In this document: piece after piece, positions 1-14,775 of the stretch
Layout: each line of letters opens with the position of its first letter
Numbering within the stretch: position 1 is the stretch's first letter
Source of the DNA: Chrysomallon squamiferum
Lineage: Eukaryota; Animalia; Mollusca
NCBI GenBank assembly: GCA_012295275.1
Contig: CM022672.1
Span: 33,852,001-33,916,000 of the forward strand
Length of the DNA: 64,000 nt
Reading direction: 5' to 3'
Made by a program: the position numbers and the translations under genes
The notes under the pieces: model-generated
What the model was told of the DNA's origin: nothing
The model's database searches: none
What the model saw: the letters and a program-made list of their open reading frames with translations, nothing else

Positions 1-399
1 AAATTAATTATATCAGTAAGAAAAACAGGAAGAGAAAATACTTTCAATTCTTGCAGTTATAAAAAAAGTCGTTTTGATTTCAGTGTATTAATGTTATTTT
101 TATTATGCTTTCTGCTGTTTGTGAATCTGAGTGTTTCAGATGAACTGTGTTTGTTCACATTGTTCTGAATATGTCTAAAACAAACAGATGCCAGGCACAG
201 GCTGTCTCCTCTTTCAGATTTATGGCTTGTTTCAACACAGGTTTGTATCATCTAACAGTGTGAATCAACAGCAGACACAGCCAATCATTTGTCTTCATTG
301 GAGTGGTCTCCCACCTAGCTGACGTATAACTGAAATATCAAATACTTCCATGATTTGTTTCAAAATTCAAGATTCAAAATTCAAAAACAATAAACTATG

Positions 400-900
400 A
401 TTATAATCATTTATGGTGTATTTTTACTTTTCCTAATGATCATTTCATTTTGAAAGAGTGACTCTGTTTAAATATTGTTTGTATAATTGATAAAATAACA
501 ATCTTTGATAATCATAAAGTATAATGGTTATAATCAGCTATGATGTTTTACTGCTACTAATGAGTATTACATTTTGACAGTATTTCTCTTTCAGTGTAAT
601 TTGTATACTTCTATTAATCAAAGAATATTCTTTACTAAAGATAAAGTATGATGCTTATAACAGGTTACGGTGTTTTTTACTCTTCCTAATGATTATTACA
701 TTTTGAAAGAGTGACTTGGTTTAATTATATTTTGCATACTTCTAAGTGATTACTTGAAATTACTGAAAAACAACCTTTACTAAAGATAAAATTTTAATGA
801 CTGTAATTAGTTGTGTGTATTTAACTAATGATCATTCATTTTGAAAGAGTATATTTGGTTTCAGTACACTTTGTATTTCTGAATATAACCTTTTATAAAT
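400..900. repeat. Degenerate tandem repeat, ~125-150 bp period, ~4 copies
   Basis: The motif ctaatga(t/g)..tt(a)cattttga(a)agagtg recurs at ~433, ~556, ~686 and ~825. Confidence 0.6.
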
Positions 901-1024
901 ATACTTGAATCCTAGTCATTTTCTTCCATGTATGATTATTATTATGATTTATTGGTTTAAAAACTAATTCTGGTTTATAAATGAATAATAAGCAAACTTG
1001 AAAAAACACATTAACATGTACACA

Positions 1025-1057
<33 letters not shown>

Positions 1058-1080
1058 TTCTCTGTTATCTGCATAAACAC

Positions 1081-1120
<40 letters not shown>

Positions 1121-1347
1121 CATAAACACACACACACACACACATCTGCAATGACAAATATACACATTTTTTCAGGTATACACCTATACAACATGAATAC
1201 TTGATCAAAGTACTAAACCCGACATAAACAAACAAGTCGTATTAACTCAAAACAGGTAATCTAAGCTGCAGCTAAATCCTGCATTTTAAGGAGACTGTTT
1301 CAACAGACACATAATTAACCCTTCGATTTATGTTTTTCATTTTGCAG

Positions 1348-1464
1348 TCTTCGAGTTGCCACGAAGACCCGGACGATTCAGCACTGCACGAGAAGCTCAA
1401 CAGTTCAGATTTTGACGAAAGTGTTGTCAGTACAAACATCCGTGAAAATGTGCTAGACTCAGAT
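1348..1464 (+). CDS. Probable internal coding exon (39 aa, SSSCHEDPDD...NVLDSD) of the uncharacterised coiled-coil gene
   Basis: Acceptor tttttcattttgcag|, donor |gtaagt, 117 bp, phase 0-0, open frame and higher GC than its flanks. The phase is compatible with the exon at 26298, but that linkage is inferred. Confidence 0.65.
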
Positions 1465-1875
1465 GTAAGTATTGTGTGTGTGTATGTCTCTGGGTTTGTG
1501 TGTGTGTGTGTGCATGTATTCTATGTGTGTGTTTATGTGTGTGTGTGTGTGTGTGTGTGTGCATGTGTCCATGTGTTTGGTTGTGTTTGTGTCTGTGTGT
1601 GTGTGTGTATGTTTTGTGTATGTGTGTGTGGGTTTGCTGTTTTTTTGTATGTGTGGTTTTAGCATCAATTTTATAGACTATTCTGAAAAAAACTGTATAT
1701 AACATTGTTTTCCCTTTTTAACAAAACTTTTAATACATTGCAATAACAGTTATATATCTGCTGTTCAGTAGAGTGTAAATGAAATTCTTCAAACAGTGAC
1801 TTTATACTTTACCACTTACAATATTCTGACTGCATAGCCTCTTTATGTGGAACTAGTTGGAACTGGATTTATATA

Positions 1876-1906
<31 letters not shown>

Positions 1907-2354
1907 ATTATAGATATATATAAATATACATATGCATATATAGATATATATAGATATACACATACACATATACATACATACAAGCTGTTTTATCCACCAT
2001 CGTTTCTTGGTATAATCTACAATATCTGAAATACAAAGTGAAATACTCTTTGTCAAAAAGATCAACTTGGTTTTGCCAATACTTGCCAATACCTCACACG
2101 AACACTCTAACCACTGGGCCGAAGTCCAAGTGTGTTTCTGGGAAATGCTGAAATCCAGTGTTGACATTTGTAACAAGTCAAACAGAAGAGGATACTGTAC
2201 CTTTCATCTCTCTGAGGCCAGAACTAAGACTGTCTGTGTTTTGTACAAACTGTCTGTGTGTTTTGTGTGATACAGTTTGACAGACAGAAATAGCCTGACG
2301 TTTGTTTCAAAATCAGTGACAGTTCTACAAGTCTAATCTTTGTTGTCATTGTTC

Positions 2355-2620
2355 AGATGTATAATTCTAAGTCATGTTTCAAGTATATAATTCTGTTTTT
2401 CAAATATTTAATTAAAATCATAATTCATCTTTCAAGTATATAATTCTGTGTTTCAAATGTATAATTAAAATCATAACAATCATGTTTCAAGTATATTGTA
2501 TTTTCTAATTATGTTTCAAGTATATAATAAAATCATTATCGTTATGTTTCAAATATAATAGTAATAATTAACATATTTCAAGCATATAATTCTAAACATT
2601 AGTGTCATGTTTCAGTAATA
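2355..2620. repeat. Degenerate ~30 bp minisatellite (catgtttcaagtatataattct)
   Basis: Repeated gtttcaa(g/a)tatataa units are visible. Confidence 0.6.
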
Positions 2621-3090
2621 AATGTATAATGTTATTGTGCTGAGTTAAATAAGGATTCTATATTACTGAGATTTATTGGATTTTCAGAAAACACTGATGT
2701 TATTAAATAAACGAATGTGGTCTACAGGAAATATATCACCCAGTAATTTTAGTAATATATATTCTTGTATACAACAGGCATTCCATCATTAACAGATAAG
2801 TTAAAAACACATAAAAACAGGAAGACAGACAGACAGATATGAAGAGAGACAGATAGGTAGAGAGACAGAGATAGATAACAGACATACAGACACGACAACA
2901 GACATAGACAGAAACAGACAGATAAACTGATAGCTTATACAGAGACACACACATATACATACATACATACATACATACATACAGACAGACAGACAGACAG
3001 ACAGACAGATAGATAGATAGATAGACATATTTGTATATTATAATTATATAAACAGACATACCAATAATTTACACTATTAGCATATATATT

Positions 3091-3149
<59 letters not shown>

Positions 3150-5694
3150 CTAATAATTACCACTAAGTACATGCTTATTTTTAAATGAACATTGCTATTA
3201 ATATCTCACCTATTCACTTTGATCTTTGTCATTGCCCACCTGACTAGATCTACCTGTAGATTACAGGTAATTGGACCTTTTCACAAAGGTAGATTTACTT
3301 TCATTACTTAATGCACTGCTGTATTGGAAATGCTCTCGCCAGAAAGGTTATATTTATAGTAATAGTCACAAACAAATTCAACACAAATACATACATACAT
3401 ACATACATATAAGTTGCATTAAGATTAAATCAAGCTAACTTATTTGGATGACATACGCAGTCTGGTTTTTCTGTATAATGACATATTTAACGGAGCGTAA
3501 CTTTTCACTCGCTATAGAATAACAATGAGTGCATTAAAACTGTGTATTACACATCAGCATGGTATTAATGTACAGAACAACCTTGACAATTTAATTACCA
3601 AGTTTTTCTTCACAGAGGTCAGTATTTATCTGCCTGGTAACATTATACAGTAATTATTTACAAACAGTTTTAAATGATTTTTAATGTTTGTTTATTTTGT
3701 TGTTGTGCTTATAATTCAGCTTTGTTTGTTTTGTTGTACTAACCAGTTATGGTTGTATGTCTGTCTGTCTGTGTATGTGTATGTATGTGGGTGTGGGTGT
3801 ATATGTCTATCTATCTATTTATCTATCTATATATATATATATATATAAAAATATATATTAATGTTTATATATATATATATATATTAAGGTATATATATAA
3901 AATATATTAAGGTATATATATATTTATATATATATTAAGGTATATATGTATATTTTTCAAAGATACATAGATTATGACTTATTTCTATTACTTTAAATGC
4001 AGTTTGAAGATAAAACACACAGATATATAATATAAATACGTATGGATTATAGATGTACATAAAGATTATAAAGATGTAGATTATAGACCTAGATATAGAT
4101 ACAGTTGCAGATTACAGACATTAAGATAGACAGATAGAGTTTACAGACATAAAACAGAGAGTTAGTCTGGTAGGTAGACAGATAGACTGATATGGAGACA
4201 GACAGACAGACAGACAGACATAAGCAGAAAAGGAGACATACTAATAGTTTTTAACATAGAGAGAAACACAAAGGTAGAGAGATATACAAATAGACAGACA
4301 GACAGAGAGAAAAATAGATATAATCAGATAAACAGACAATACTAATAGTTTATACAGAAAGAGAGACACACACACACACACAGACAGACAGACAGATACA
4401 AAACTCTTTATCATTTTGCTTCTCACTAACAATAGCTTTCAGATTAAACTCTGACAGTTTTGGCTTAGCTTTAAATTCACACACAGGTGGAAGGAACTGA
4501 AATAAGCCTGACAAATTTAAATAACAAGATAAATTGAAGCCCTGTGGTCATACACAACTAAAGTCACCAGTTTTTGAAAAGAAGAAGACATTTACCTGTT
4601 CAGGTAAACTGCACTTTGTGCACCTAGGTGTGGTTTAGGTAAAAGAAAAAGTGATTCACAGTATACATTAAAAAAAATAATTTAATGTAAATAAATAAAT
4701 AAATGTTATATAAATAAATAAATGTTAAATAAATAATATGTAAAATAGATATACAGCCATATGATAGTTAATATATAGAGACATACAGGCAGGTTGACAA
4801 ATATAAAAATGGAACTTTCAGTTATGAATGAATGAATGAATGAATAAACAAAATATTTGTTTAATAAATCTCAGTATTTAATTACTAGCTATCAATTTTT
4901 TCTACAATGATCAATTTATGAACAAATACCAGAATCATCTACATATGGATTAGTGGTATTGATTAGCTGAAAATAATCTTTTACTGTGTATTTTCACATT
5001 GAAAAGCACATAAAGTGAACTCTGATAAACCAGTCAATCGGAACAGGAAAAATTGTTCACAATTTTTTTTCTGTTTACACCAGGAATAATCTGATCAATG
5101 ATCCACTAACCTTTAAGACCTGGCAAAGCAAAAAAATATATATTTATTTTTATTTTCAATATCTGTTTTTAAAGTTATATTTTGTAATTATACAGTTTAA
5201 TGCATATACAACTGTATTATTTATGAAGAATATGACAAATATGGCAAACAGGCTTAATGTGTCACCAATACAGATGGGGTGGGTGATCACCAATCCTTCA
5301 GTCAGTGTAAAAATACTATTATTTAAATACTGTATTGATGAAGAAAGTGGCAAACAAAAAGCTATCTGATGAATGAGCTCACTGTTAGGCTTGTCACAGT
5401 AAAGACATAATTTTATTTTAAGTGACAGTGCAATGCAGTTGTACTGTATTAAAGTTTAACGATGAATTATGGGAAACAGGTTAGGTGTACATCAACTAGA
5501 AATGATCAATAAATAAACAGCTTATTAACAAACAAACAAAAAACTCAACACTTGAAAAATTATTCTGTGTTAAATGGGTTTTTTGGAATTTCTGTTCTGT
5601 AAATTGCATTTTAATGTACACATTCTCTGTTAGTTTGTTCTGATAATGAAGAATGTGGCAGATAGGTTTTTGTATACAGCAAGGTTCAATGACC

Positions 5695-5729
<35 letters not shown>

Positions 5730-5879
5730 GTCAAGACTTAAAATTCTTTTTATTTTAAAAGTGAGTTTTGAATTATATCGAGTAAATTACTGTGTAATGC
5801 ATATATTCTGTTTGTGTGTGTGTGTGTGTGCATGTGTACATACATCTATATATCTACATATATATACATAGATAGATGG

Positions 5880-5938
<59 letters not shown>

Positions 5939-6754
5939 CATAGATAGATAGATAAATAGATAGATATAATTATGTATAGATATAGATAGATAGATAGATA
6001 GATAGACAGATAGATATAAAGACTGGTAAATGTTACAAATCACTTTTGCATACACACCAACATTTTGATAAATGACCCTTCAGTCCTTAAACTTCACACC
6101 TGAAAAAAAAAAAAAAAAAAAATCATCATTTTATCTTAAATGTGTTTTAATTACATTACATAAATGACAATATAACACACACATACTGCAATTAAAACAG
6201 TTTCATATGACAAATATATCTTTGTGCTGATTTGACAAAGAATTCCAGCAACTGCTGACGTTTTCACAAAGTATGTGTGTTATACATGATGTATCACACA
6301 GTTGGCTGTCAGTCTCTGTGATTATCTACCATAACGGTTTTTGCTTCAGAGTTGATAACCTGCTGAATGGTTAATAAGCAGCTTAATTATATAAATTATA
6401 AACAAAGGTTGAGTTAGTGTTTTTATTATTATTAAGATGACCTATTAAATGGATGCTAGCTGAATTAACAATTAGGCTGAATTATCAGAACTGTTAATAA
6501 CTGACTAACAGCTCATACAAGGTGGAGTTAATTTGATATAGTGTGGCATGAAGTAATGATGTTAACCTTATAAAGTTATTAGCTGTACTTTCTAGTGTTA
6601 ATTAACAACGTGTTATGTGTAATATATTTAATATCCTACATCAGTCCAGTTAATACTGGTTAGTTTATTCCACAGCGAAGAGTTTTGTTTTCCAAATGCA
6701 ACTTTATGTAAAGAGAGATATAAAAGACTTCGCAATATCTAGTCTTTTCTATGG

Positions 6755-7290
6755 AAAGGATAATTAAGAAGAATAAAATATATTTTGATAACTATTTAAA
6801 AAAAAAAAAAAATGTATATCTCTTTATCCTTATAATTATTGAAAATCCCAAGTTAAAATAAAGTTTACCTTCATAATTATGAAAATCTAATATAATTACA
6901 CTGTGTAATTATGGAAATCTAGAGATGAACACAAATTTATCTTTATTTTTATGTGTGTTTTGTGGGGTGTGTGTGTGTGGATATATATAGATATATCATT
7001 ATAATTAAAATTAAAATGGTAATAAAATAAAGTTTATCTGATTTTTTATTCTGATAAAATTATAAAATTCTAAAAAAAAGTTTACCCTGATATTTGAAAA
7101 TTCTAGCATTTGATAATTATAATAAAAAATCTGCTGAATAAAATAAAGTTTATCTTTATGAATTATGAAAATCCAGTCACAAAATAAATAAATCATTTTA
7201 AAAAAATATCTAGCTATTAAATTATTTTTAACTGATAATTCAAAAAAAAAAAAAAAAACATCCAGCTACACAATGAAATTTTATCTGATA
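6755..7290. repeat. Degenerate ~38-40 bp minisatellite (ataattatgaaaatc..aaaataaagtttatct)
   Basis: aaaataaagttta(c/t)ct and taattatgaaaatc recur through the interval. Confidence 0.55.
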
Positions 7291-8174
7291 AATATTTTTC
7301 TTCATTCGTTCTTTCTATCTTTTTTCTTCCTTTTCTTTTTCAAATAATAAAAATTTCAAACAAGATATTACATTATATTTGTATAATTATAAATACATAT
7401 TAAACACTGCAAATCTGTGTAATGTTTTAAATAAGAAAAAAAACAAACCCAAAACAATGGTAAATTCTAGAAAAGTTTTAAAATAGTTTTATTGCTCAAT
7501 AAATTCTTTCGTTCTTCAAACTTTTATGAGGTTTTCTTTACATAATCTCCACCACTATCAGTAAAACGCAATAAAAATATTTCACTTCGGCATTGATGTC
7601 CTTGTGAAGAGTTGATAATAATATTTGTGTTATAACCCTATCTTCGGGCTGTCGCCATTATTGTTGTGTATGCATGCAGTAAATTATTATATTCATTTCC
7701 AACATACCAGATCATAACCAGATATTGAACTATCTTGACAAACAGTTCATTCTCAGAATAACGTTTTTGTCACAAGAATTTGATCCGAAATGATTCGAAT
7801 ATTTTGTCGCAGGCTTTTGTTGCTGGTTGTTAATTAAAATGGGTGTATGTTGGATACATTTGTTTACAGACTATAACTTTTGTAACACTTTGTAAGCCAA
7901 TGAACAACAAAGTTTTACATTGTAAAACACTTTGCGAAAAGAGAGAGAGAGAGGCCAATGAACAACAACACAGTTTTACATTGTAAAACACTGTTCTACA
8001 CTTTTGGGCTTACTTAAACTGGGCAGTATTTTGTCAAGGAGGATATAGCGTTTGTGTGCAATGTTTGTGAGTATCTTTGCTGTAGCACAATTAAAATTGC
8101 TGTAATGTGGCTGGGGCTTGTATTTGACAAATAAATGTGTCCATCCAGATAAATAAAACTGAGATTATTCTGTG

Positions 8175-8216
<42 letters not shown>

Positions 8217-8278
8217 TCACACTTAAATTAATAAATAGAAAAGAAAAATGAAAGAAAAAACAGAAATAGATGAACTAA

Positions 8279-8341
<63 letters not shown>

Positions 8342-8875
8342 AATAAATAAATAAAATAAAAAATTGAAATAACTGAATAAACCAAAGATAAAAATAATAT
8401 GTAAAAAATAATAAAGAAAGAAAAAGACACTGTTTAAACACCAATCATTTTTAACTTAAAAAGATTAAAAAGTGTTTTACTGATATTACATGAAATGTTG
8501 GTGGGAAGTTTTTTTAATTTTCTCTTTTTATTTTTCTTTTCTACATTTTATTAATATTTCTGAAGATTGTCTTTTCTGCTGACATTTTGTATAGAAAGAG
8601 GTAAAAATGTCCTGACATTTTCTGAAAATATTCTACCTATTCTGTAGTAAATAGTATTTATATATAGATAGATAGAAAATAGACAGACAGACAGACAGAC
8701 GATAGATAGATAGTTAGATAGATATTTTATTCTATTTACTTCATTTCATATATTCTGCTTGACAATATATTTATTATGTGTGAATATATTTAAATAAGTA
8801 CTGATGATTATTAAATAATTAGGTATTTTTTGTTTGAGCTGTCTATGTTGATAGCTTTTTTAATTGTGTGTGTGA

Positions 8876-8928
<53 letters not shown>

Positions 8929-9816
8929 TGTGTGTGTGAGAGAGACGGAGGAAGAGAAAAAGAGATATATTTATTTGTGTATGTAATTATAATTAGAATG
9001 TGCAGTTTTATAATGACTCCATTGTGTTATAATGACTTCATATTATTTTAACATTTTTTTTTTTTAACAATTTGAACCAAACTAGCAAGAACATCTCTTG
9101 CATTAAAACAACAAATACACTGAAACAAGAATAAATTAAACAGTAAATTTAACAAGAAAGTGTTGATCCATGAAAATTAATAATTCATAAGCTGTTCATC
9201 ATGCATACAGACTTTTACCTTGAACATACAATATCAGCTGTATTACACCTGCTTCTAAAAATACTTGATGTGACATATTAAGCTGACAGCTTTGATAGAT
9301 TGTATTGTGTTTTTTTCACTGTTATTTAAGTCAGTTTGAGATAAGAAAAGACTGGGGTTTTACTTTTATATGTTTTTTGATCTCTTCAAGGAAATAAAGC
9401 CATACTATTAATTTATTATGAAAATGTGTAGTTACCATATATATATATATATACAACTTTCTATGTATTTTGTTTCTGATATAATATATAATATGTATAT
9501 AATATTCTAAGTATTTCCGACAGAATTATTATTATTATTAAGTAGTAGTAGTAGTAGTAGTAGTAATAATAGTAGTAGTAGTAGTAGTAGTAGTAGTAAC
9601 AGTAGGTAGGTAGTATTGGTATAATTAGTACAGGTATTGTTTTCCACCATTTGTATCATTTTGTTTTAATTTCAAGAGATTTCATATACAGGCTGCTTAC
9701 TTAATATGTGATGACAATATATCATGGAGTTTGGAACATATCATGGATATTAGACACTTATGATACAATTATGTTGTTATTTAACTTATTGAAGAGGGAA
9801 AATTAAAAAATGCCTA

Positions 9817-9858
<42 letters not shown>

Positions 9859-9998
9859 AATAATAATAATAATAAAAAAAGATTTCATTATTTTATTTTG
9901 TTTTTGTAGATATATTAATTTGAGTCATTATGTTATTTTGTTTTTAAAAATGTGCATAATACACTGTAAAGTGTTTTCTATATATAGCACGCATGCAT

Positions 9999-10052
<54 letters not shown>

Positions 10053-10263
10053 ACAGACAATATACAGCAAACCACATATGCTTGGACATAAACATATTAA
10101 AATACAGACTCGTAAATAAATGTTAAGTAAAATTCTGTTCTAATTTTATTTCTTCTAAAATCATTTGTTAAAGATATGTCACAAAGACAGTAAAGAAAAA
10201 TATTAGTCACAAAAACATTATTATATTACTTTGCAAAAAAGAACATTAAAAAGGAGGTGAGAC

Positions 10264-10295
<32 letters not shown>

Positions 10296-10855
10296 AGAAA
10301 TAAAGAAAATGAATAGAAATAGATAAAAAAAATGAAAAAAAAATAAAATAAAATTTTAAAAAATAGAAGAATAAGTAATGACAATTTTCAGTTTAATTTA
10401 AAGAAAACATTAAGAACAACAGTAAATAAACAGGTATTTAGAAATGTCACTCAAATACACATACAGCTTACTAAATAAACCCTTAACTATGTTCCCTATT
10501 GTGTTTTAAGCCAGTCTACACTGTGTGTCATTGCTTTGTCCCTTTAAACTTAAAAAACACATTTCTTAGTTTAACCTTGTATCTTCATACCATATCATCA
10601 TTCATGTAAATATAATCAATTTGTTCACGTATCTTGAAAAAATGTGTTTGCCCTAGGGACATCTATTTAACTACCCAAAATGTACCCAGTGATTAAAAAG
10701 ATCAAATTACATTCTGCAGAATGTGTTTTAATAAATATCTGGGGTTTGAAACTTATAAAGTAGATTTTAAGTTTTTCTCGTACAGTTTTACCTAATGTCA
10801 GAACCTTTTGTTCCTCACAAACACACAGAAACACACACACACACACAGAAACACA

Positions 10856-10887
<32 letters not shown>

Positions 10888-11067
10888 GAGATAAGCATGC
10901 ACGCATGATTTCAATCATGTACACACATAGATACAGATACAGACACATGCACATGTGTGTGCATTGCAGCAAGCATGATCCAAACAAAATCACATGTGCA
11001 CATTCTTTCATATTCACATGTACATACAAAAATTTAACTTTCTCTCACATCCTCACACACACACACA

Positions 11068-11108
<41 letters not shown>

Positions 11109-11796
11109 CCTCTCTCTCTCTCTCTCTCCTATGTCTAAGCTGATCAGGTATCTGTAAAGTAAACTTTCTAATTGTTGTTTTGTATATAAGCAATGTAAAC
11201 AGTAATAAAATAGGTGAGTACACATTACACAACAAATGTTGACACCAGCTGGAAACACTTGCGAGGAATTAGCTGTTGAATACAGCTGAGCCTGACCAAA
11301 GATTGGGTTTGTTCAAAGACTCACTAATGACAAGAGTGTTAAGTTAGTTTTCACAATATTTACCTCCAAGAGGCAACACAGCCCCCCCCCAGCAAAAGCA
11401 CACACAGGTGTAATACCTGTGTGATATTTCACGTGTATAATATTACACGTATGTACCACATCAACAACCAGTGTTGTCCAGTCCTCCACCGAAACCTTTC
11501 ACATTCAAATTCATATTTATTACAACAACAACAGAAAAACAGAAAAGCCATACAGAACAATGCTGTGGTTGACGATGTTGAGGTCAGCGCAGCGGCTTAT
11601 TGAGAGATAATGGGCACGTCTCAATTATTATGCTGTTAATCATTCTTTTGACTGCTGTTTAAATGCTTCTTGATTGCAGTGGTTTGTGGGTGACCTCCAC
11701 TCTCTGGTTCATGTCATAGTCCACTGTAGTCAGGCTGACTTCACTCCTGTCCCTATATAAACACAGAGGCTATCAGTAGCTGGACACTGCAAAAAA

Positions 11797-12382
11797 CACA
11801 CTTGTATAGTACAGGATTATATTCAGTGTCGAATATACGATATATACTACCAGCAGTTCAGAATAGGGTAAGTTCACATTGGTATAGCACAGGATTATAT
11901 TCAGTGTTGAATATATGATATATATCACCAGCAGTTCAAAACAGGGTATTGTGGACATGTGATATATATATATATATATACAATTGCAGTTCAGAACAGG
12001 ATAAGTTCACATTGGTATAACACAGGATTATATTCAGTGTCGAATATATGATATATATCACCAGCAGTTCAAAACAGGGTATTGTGGACATGTGATATAT
12101 ATACCACTGCAGTTCAGAACAAGATAAGTTCACATTGGTATAGCACAGGATTATATTCAGTGTTGAATATATGATATATACCACCAGCAGTTCAAAACAG
12201 GGTATTGTGGACATGTGATATATATATACAATTGCAGTTCAGAACAGGATAAGTTCACATTGGTATAGTACAGGATTATATTCAATGTTGAATATATGAT
12301 ATATGCCATAGCAGTTCAGAAGAGATGAGATCACACTGATACATACTACAGGATAACAGATAATATCAGTGTTGAATATATG

Positions 12383-12413
<31 letters not shown>

Positions 12414-12990
12414 AGCAGTTCAAAATAGGGTAAGTTCACATTGGTATAGCACAGGATTATATTCAGTGTTGAATATATGATATATACCATACCAGTTCAG
12501 AACAGTGTAAGTTCACACTGGTATATTCTACTGGATAACAGATAATATCAGTCTTGAATATATGATGTATAACCACAGTATGTCAGTGTTACTATAAGTA
12601 TAAGTTAGGTGTAAGTTCACATAGTCTTTTTAGGATTACAGATAATATCAGCATTGAATAGATATTGCACATAGTTAAGAATCAGATAAGATTATGTTAG
12701 CTTTTGTATAATGTCTGTATTGAATATATGACATATACCACAGTTGTATGATGCGATGTAGGTTATATTATAAATCACACAAGTACTTTTTATAGGATTA
12801 CAGAAATATCAGTACTGAATATGATTCATAGATAGCATTGGTTAAGGATAGGATAAGATCAACTTGATTCAGGATAGCATAACATCACATTGGTTCAGGA
12901 TAGGATAAGATCACCTTGGTTCAGGATATGTATGTTTGCATTGGTTCATGATAGGATAAGGTCAGATTTGTTCATGATAAGATAATAAAC
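11797..12990. repeat. Compound minisatellite: ~77 bp base unit, 123-133 bp higher-order units, decaying into a ~25 bp unit
   Basis: cacattggtatagcacaggattatattcagtgttgaatat-type units start at 11797, 11875, 12008, 12131, 12256, 12332, 12437 and 12514. ttggttcaggataggataagatc units follow after ~12840. Confidence 0.9.
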
Positions 12991-13245
12991 ACATTTATTT
13001 ACAGATATGTTTATCTGTTATTGTTTGGTTGTCATCCTTTACAGAATAAATTGCAACTCCTTCCATTTAAGGTTACATAAAGTTTACATTGTTTTTTGGA
13101 TGTTTAGTTACACTTTGCAGTTTAATGCACGAAGATGATGTTTAAACTGAGCATTGTCCTACGTACCAGCATTTCTGAAGAATTAGCAGAAGAATTATAA
13201 ATTATCTTAGAAAATAATAATGATACATGCTTGTAGTTATTTAGC

Positions 13246-13247
<2 letters not shown>

Positions 13248-13313
<66 letters not shown>
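13248..13313. repeat. (GA)n microsatellite
   Basis: Perfect dinucleotide run. Confidence 0.95.
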
Positions 13314-13314
<1 letters not shown>

Positions 13315-14732
13315 AGCTTTAAGTAATCTTGCCAATAAATAATTCTGGGACATGTTTGACAAAGAGGTTTATAAAAAAAAATGATAACGATGAATGCTTT
13401 TTCTCATTTACGATATCAACACTGGTTAAAAAAAAAAAAAATACAGCAAAACACAGGACAAAGAGATTTCAAAACATTATTACACTAGCTTAACTAAGCT
13501 TGCAATGAATAACTAAAACCATCGTAGAAAAACAAAAGTAATGATGTTGTATATTGCTAGTACCTGTTTACTACAGTGACACTGTTTTTTAAGTGTAACA
13601 TCTGGGAGGTATGAAACCAAAAAGTTTTTTTTTTTTTAGATAATAAATTTGTACAGCATGTAATTTATTTTCTGTTTGTTTTCTGAGAGTCGTGTTTGAG
13701 GTCAGTTGGCCTGTTTGCTTTGTCCCAAGAAAGAAAATTTCCCGTGCAGGTGATAAGTAGCCATTAATCCAGAGTCAGTTCTGTTGAACGTGCCCTGCCT
13801 GACATTTTCAACTGCAAAAACCGCCCTGGGTGGGGTGTGGTGGGGTCGGGTGCAGGGGGTGGGGTCTGGGGGTTGAGGGGTTGGGGGGGACAGCAGTCAC
13901 TTGATAACAAAGAATTTAAATTAGAAGAGTAGGTACACCAAAAATAATGTTGAAATTTAAGAACTGTAGTGGTGGTAGGGGGTAGAAAAATAAAGTAGGG
14001 ATTTTAGAAGAGAAATAAAAGGAATTTATAGAAAATGGGTAGGATATATACATAGAGAAAGAGAGAGAGAGAGAAAAAAATATAAGATGAAAGGAAAATG
14101 AGAATAGTGAAATTAATTCTACACTTTATATATTTTGAATAGAGTAATATAAAAGTGATTTATTGCAGATAGAATTTTTTCTCTCTCTCTCTCTCTGAAA
14201 ATAAGTAGGCCTGTATATTCTCTCTCTCTGTTTTACACATTGTTGGATTTTATAATTATTTTATTTTTTCATTTAATTACTTAAACTGCCAAAGTTACAT
14301 TTCTCAACTAGCAGATAGAAAATAATTTAATACTTAAAAAAAAAAAATTTAAAAAAAAAAAATTATTTAAATAACACATAAAAAATAAGAACTGAATAAT
14401 ACAGACTGTATTGTACACCAGCATCTGGTATCATCATCATGACATACGGGTTATATCCTACAAGCCTGACAAAGAAGCACTCATGATAATAAGAAATCAA
14501 AAAACAATTTTTACATATTCAGCCATATCAAGTTTCCTTACACAGAAACAAGATTATACCTTACATTTTAAAATAGACTGGTTATGAGCAAGCAGAATGT
14601 TAACCTAAGTTATTGTGTTTCAGATACTTTATGTTGATAGACTAGTATATGCTCTGAATAATGTTTAATAAACTTATTAGTATAATTTATAATTTGAAAA
14701 TAATGATTTATTGAAGAAGCACAGATACACTT

Positions 14733-14775
<43 letters not shown>

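Noticed and set aside
893-1705. Multiple CV/HT/RE-repeat ORFs here and throughout the window
   Set aside because: These are microsatellite translations. Only 1348-1464 has exon features.
11797-12560. CRISPR-like appearance of regularly spaced repeats (also 42027-42754 and 58687-59350)
   Set aside because: There are no unique spacers and no cas genes, and the context is eukaryotic. These are head-to-tail minisatellites.
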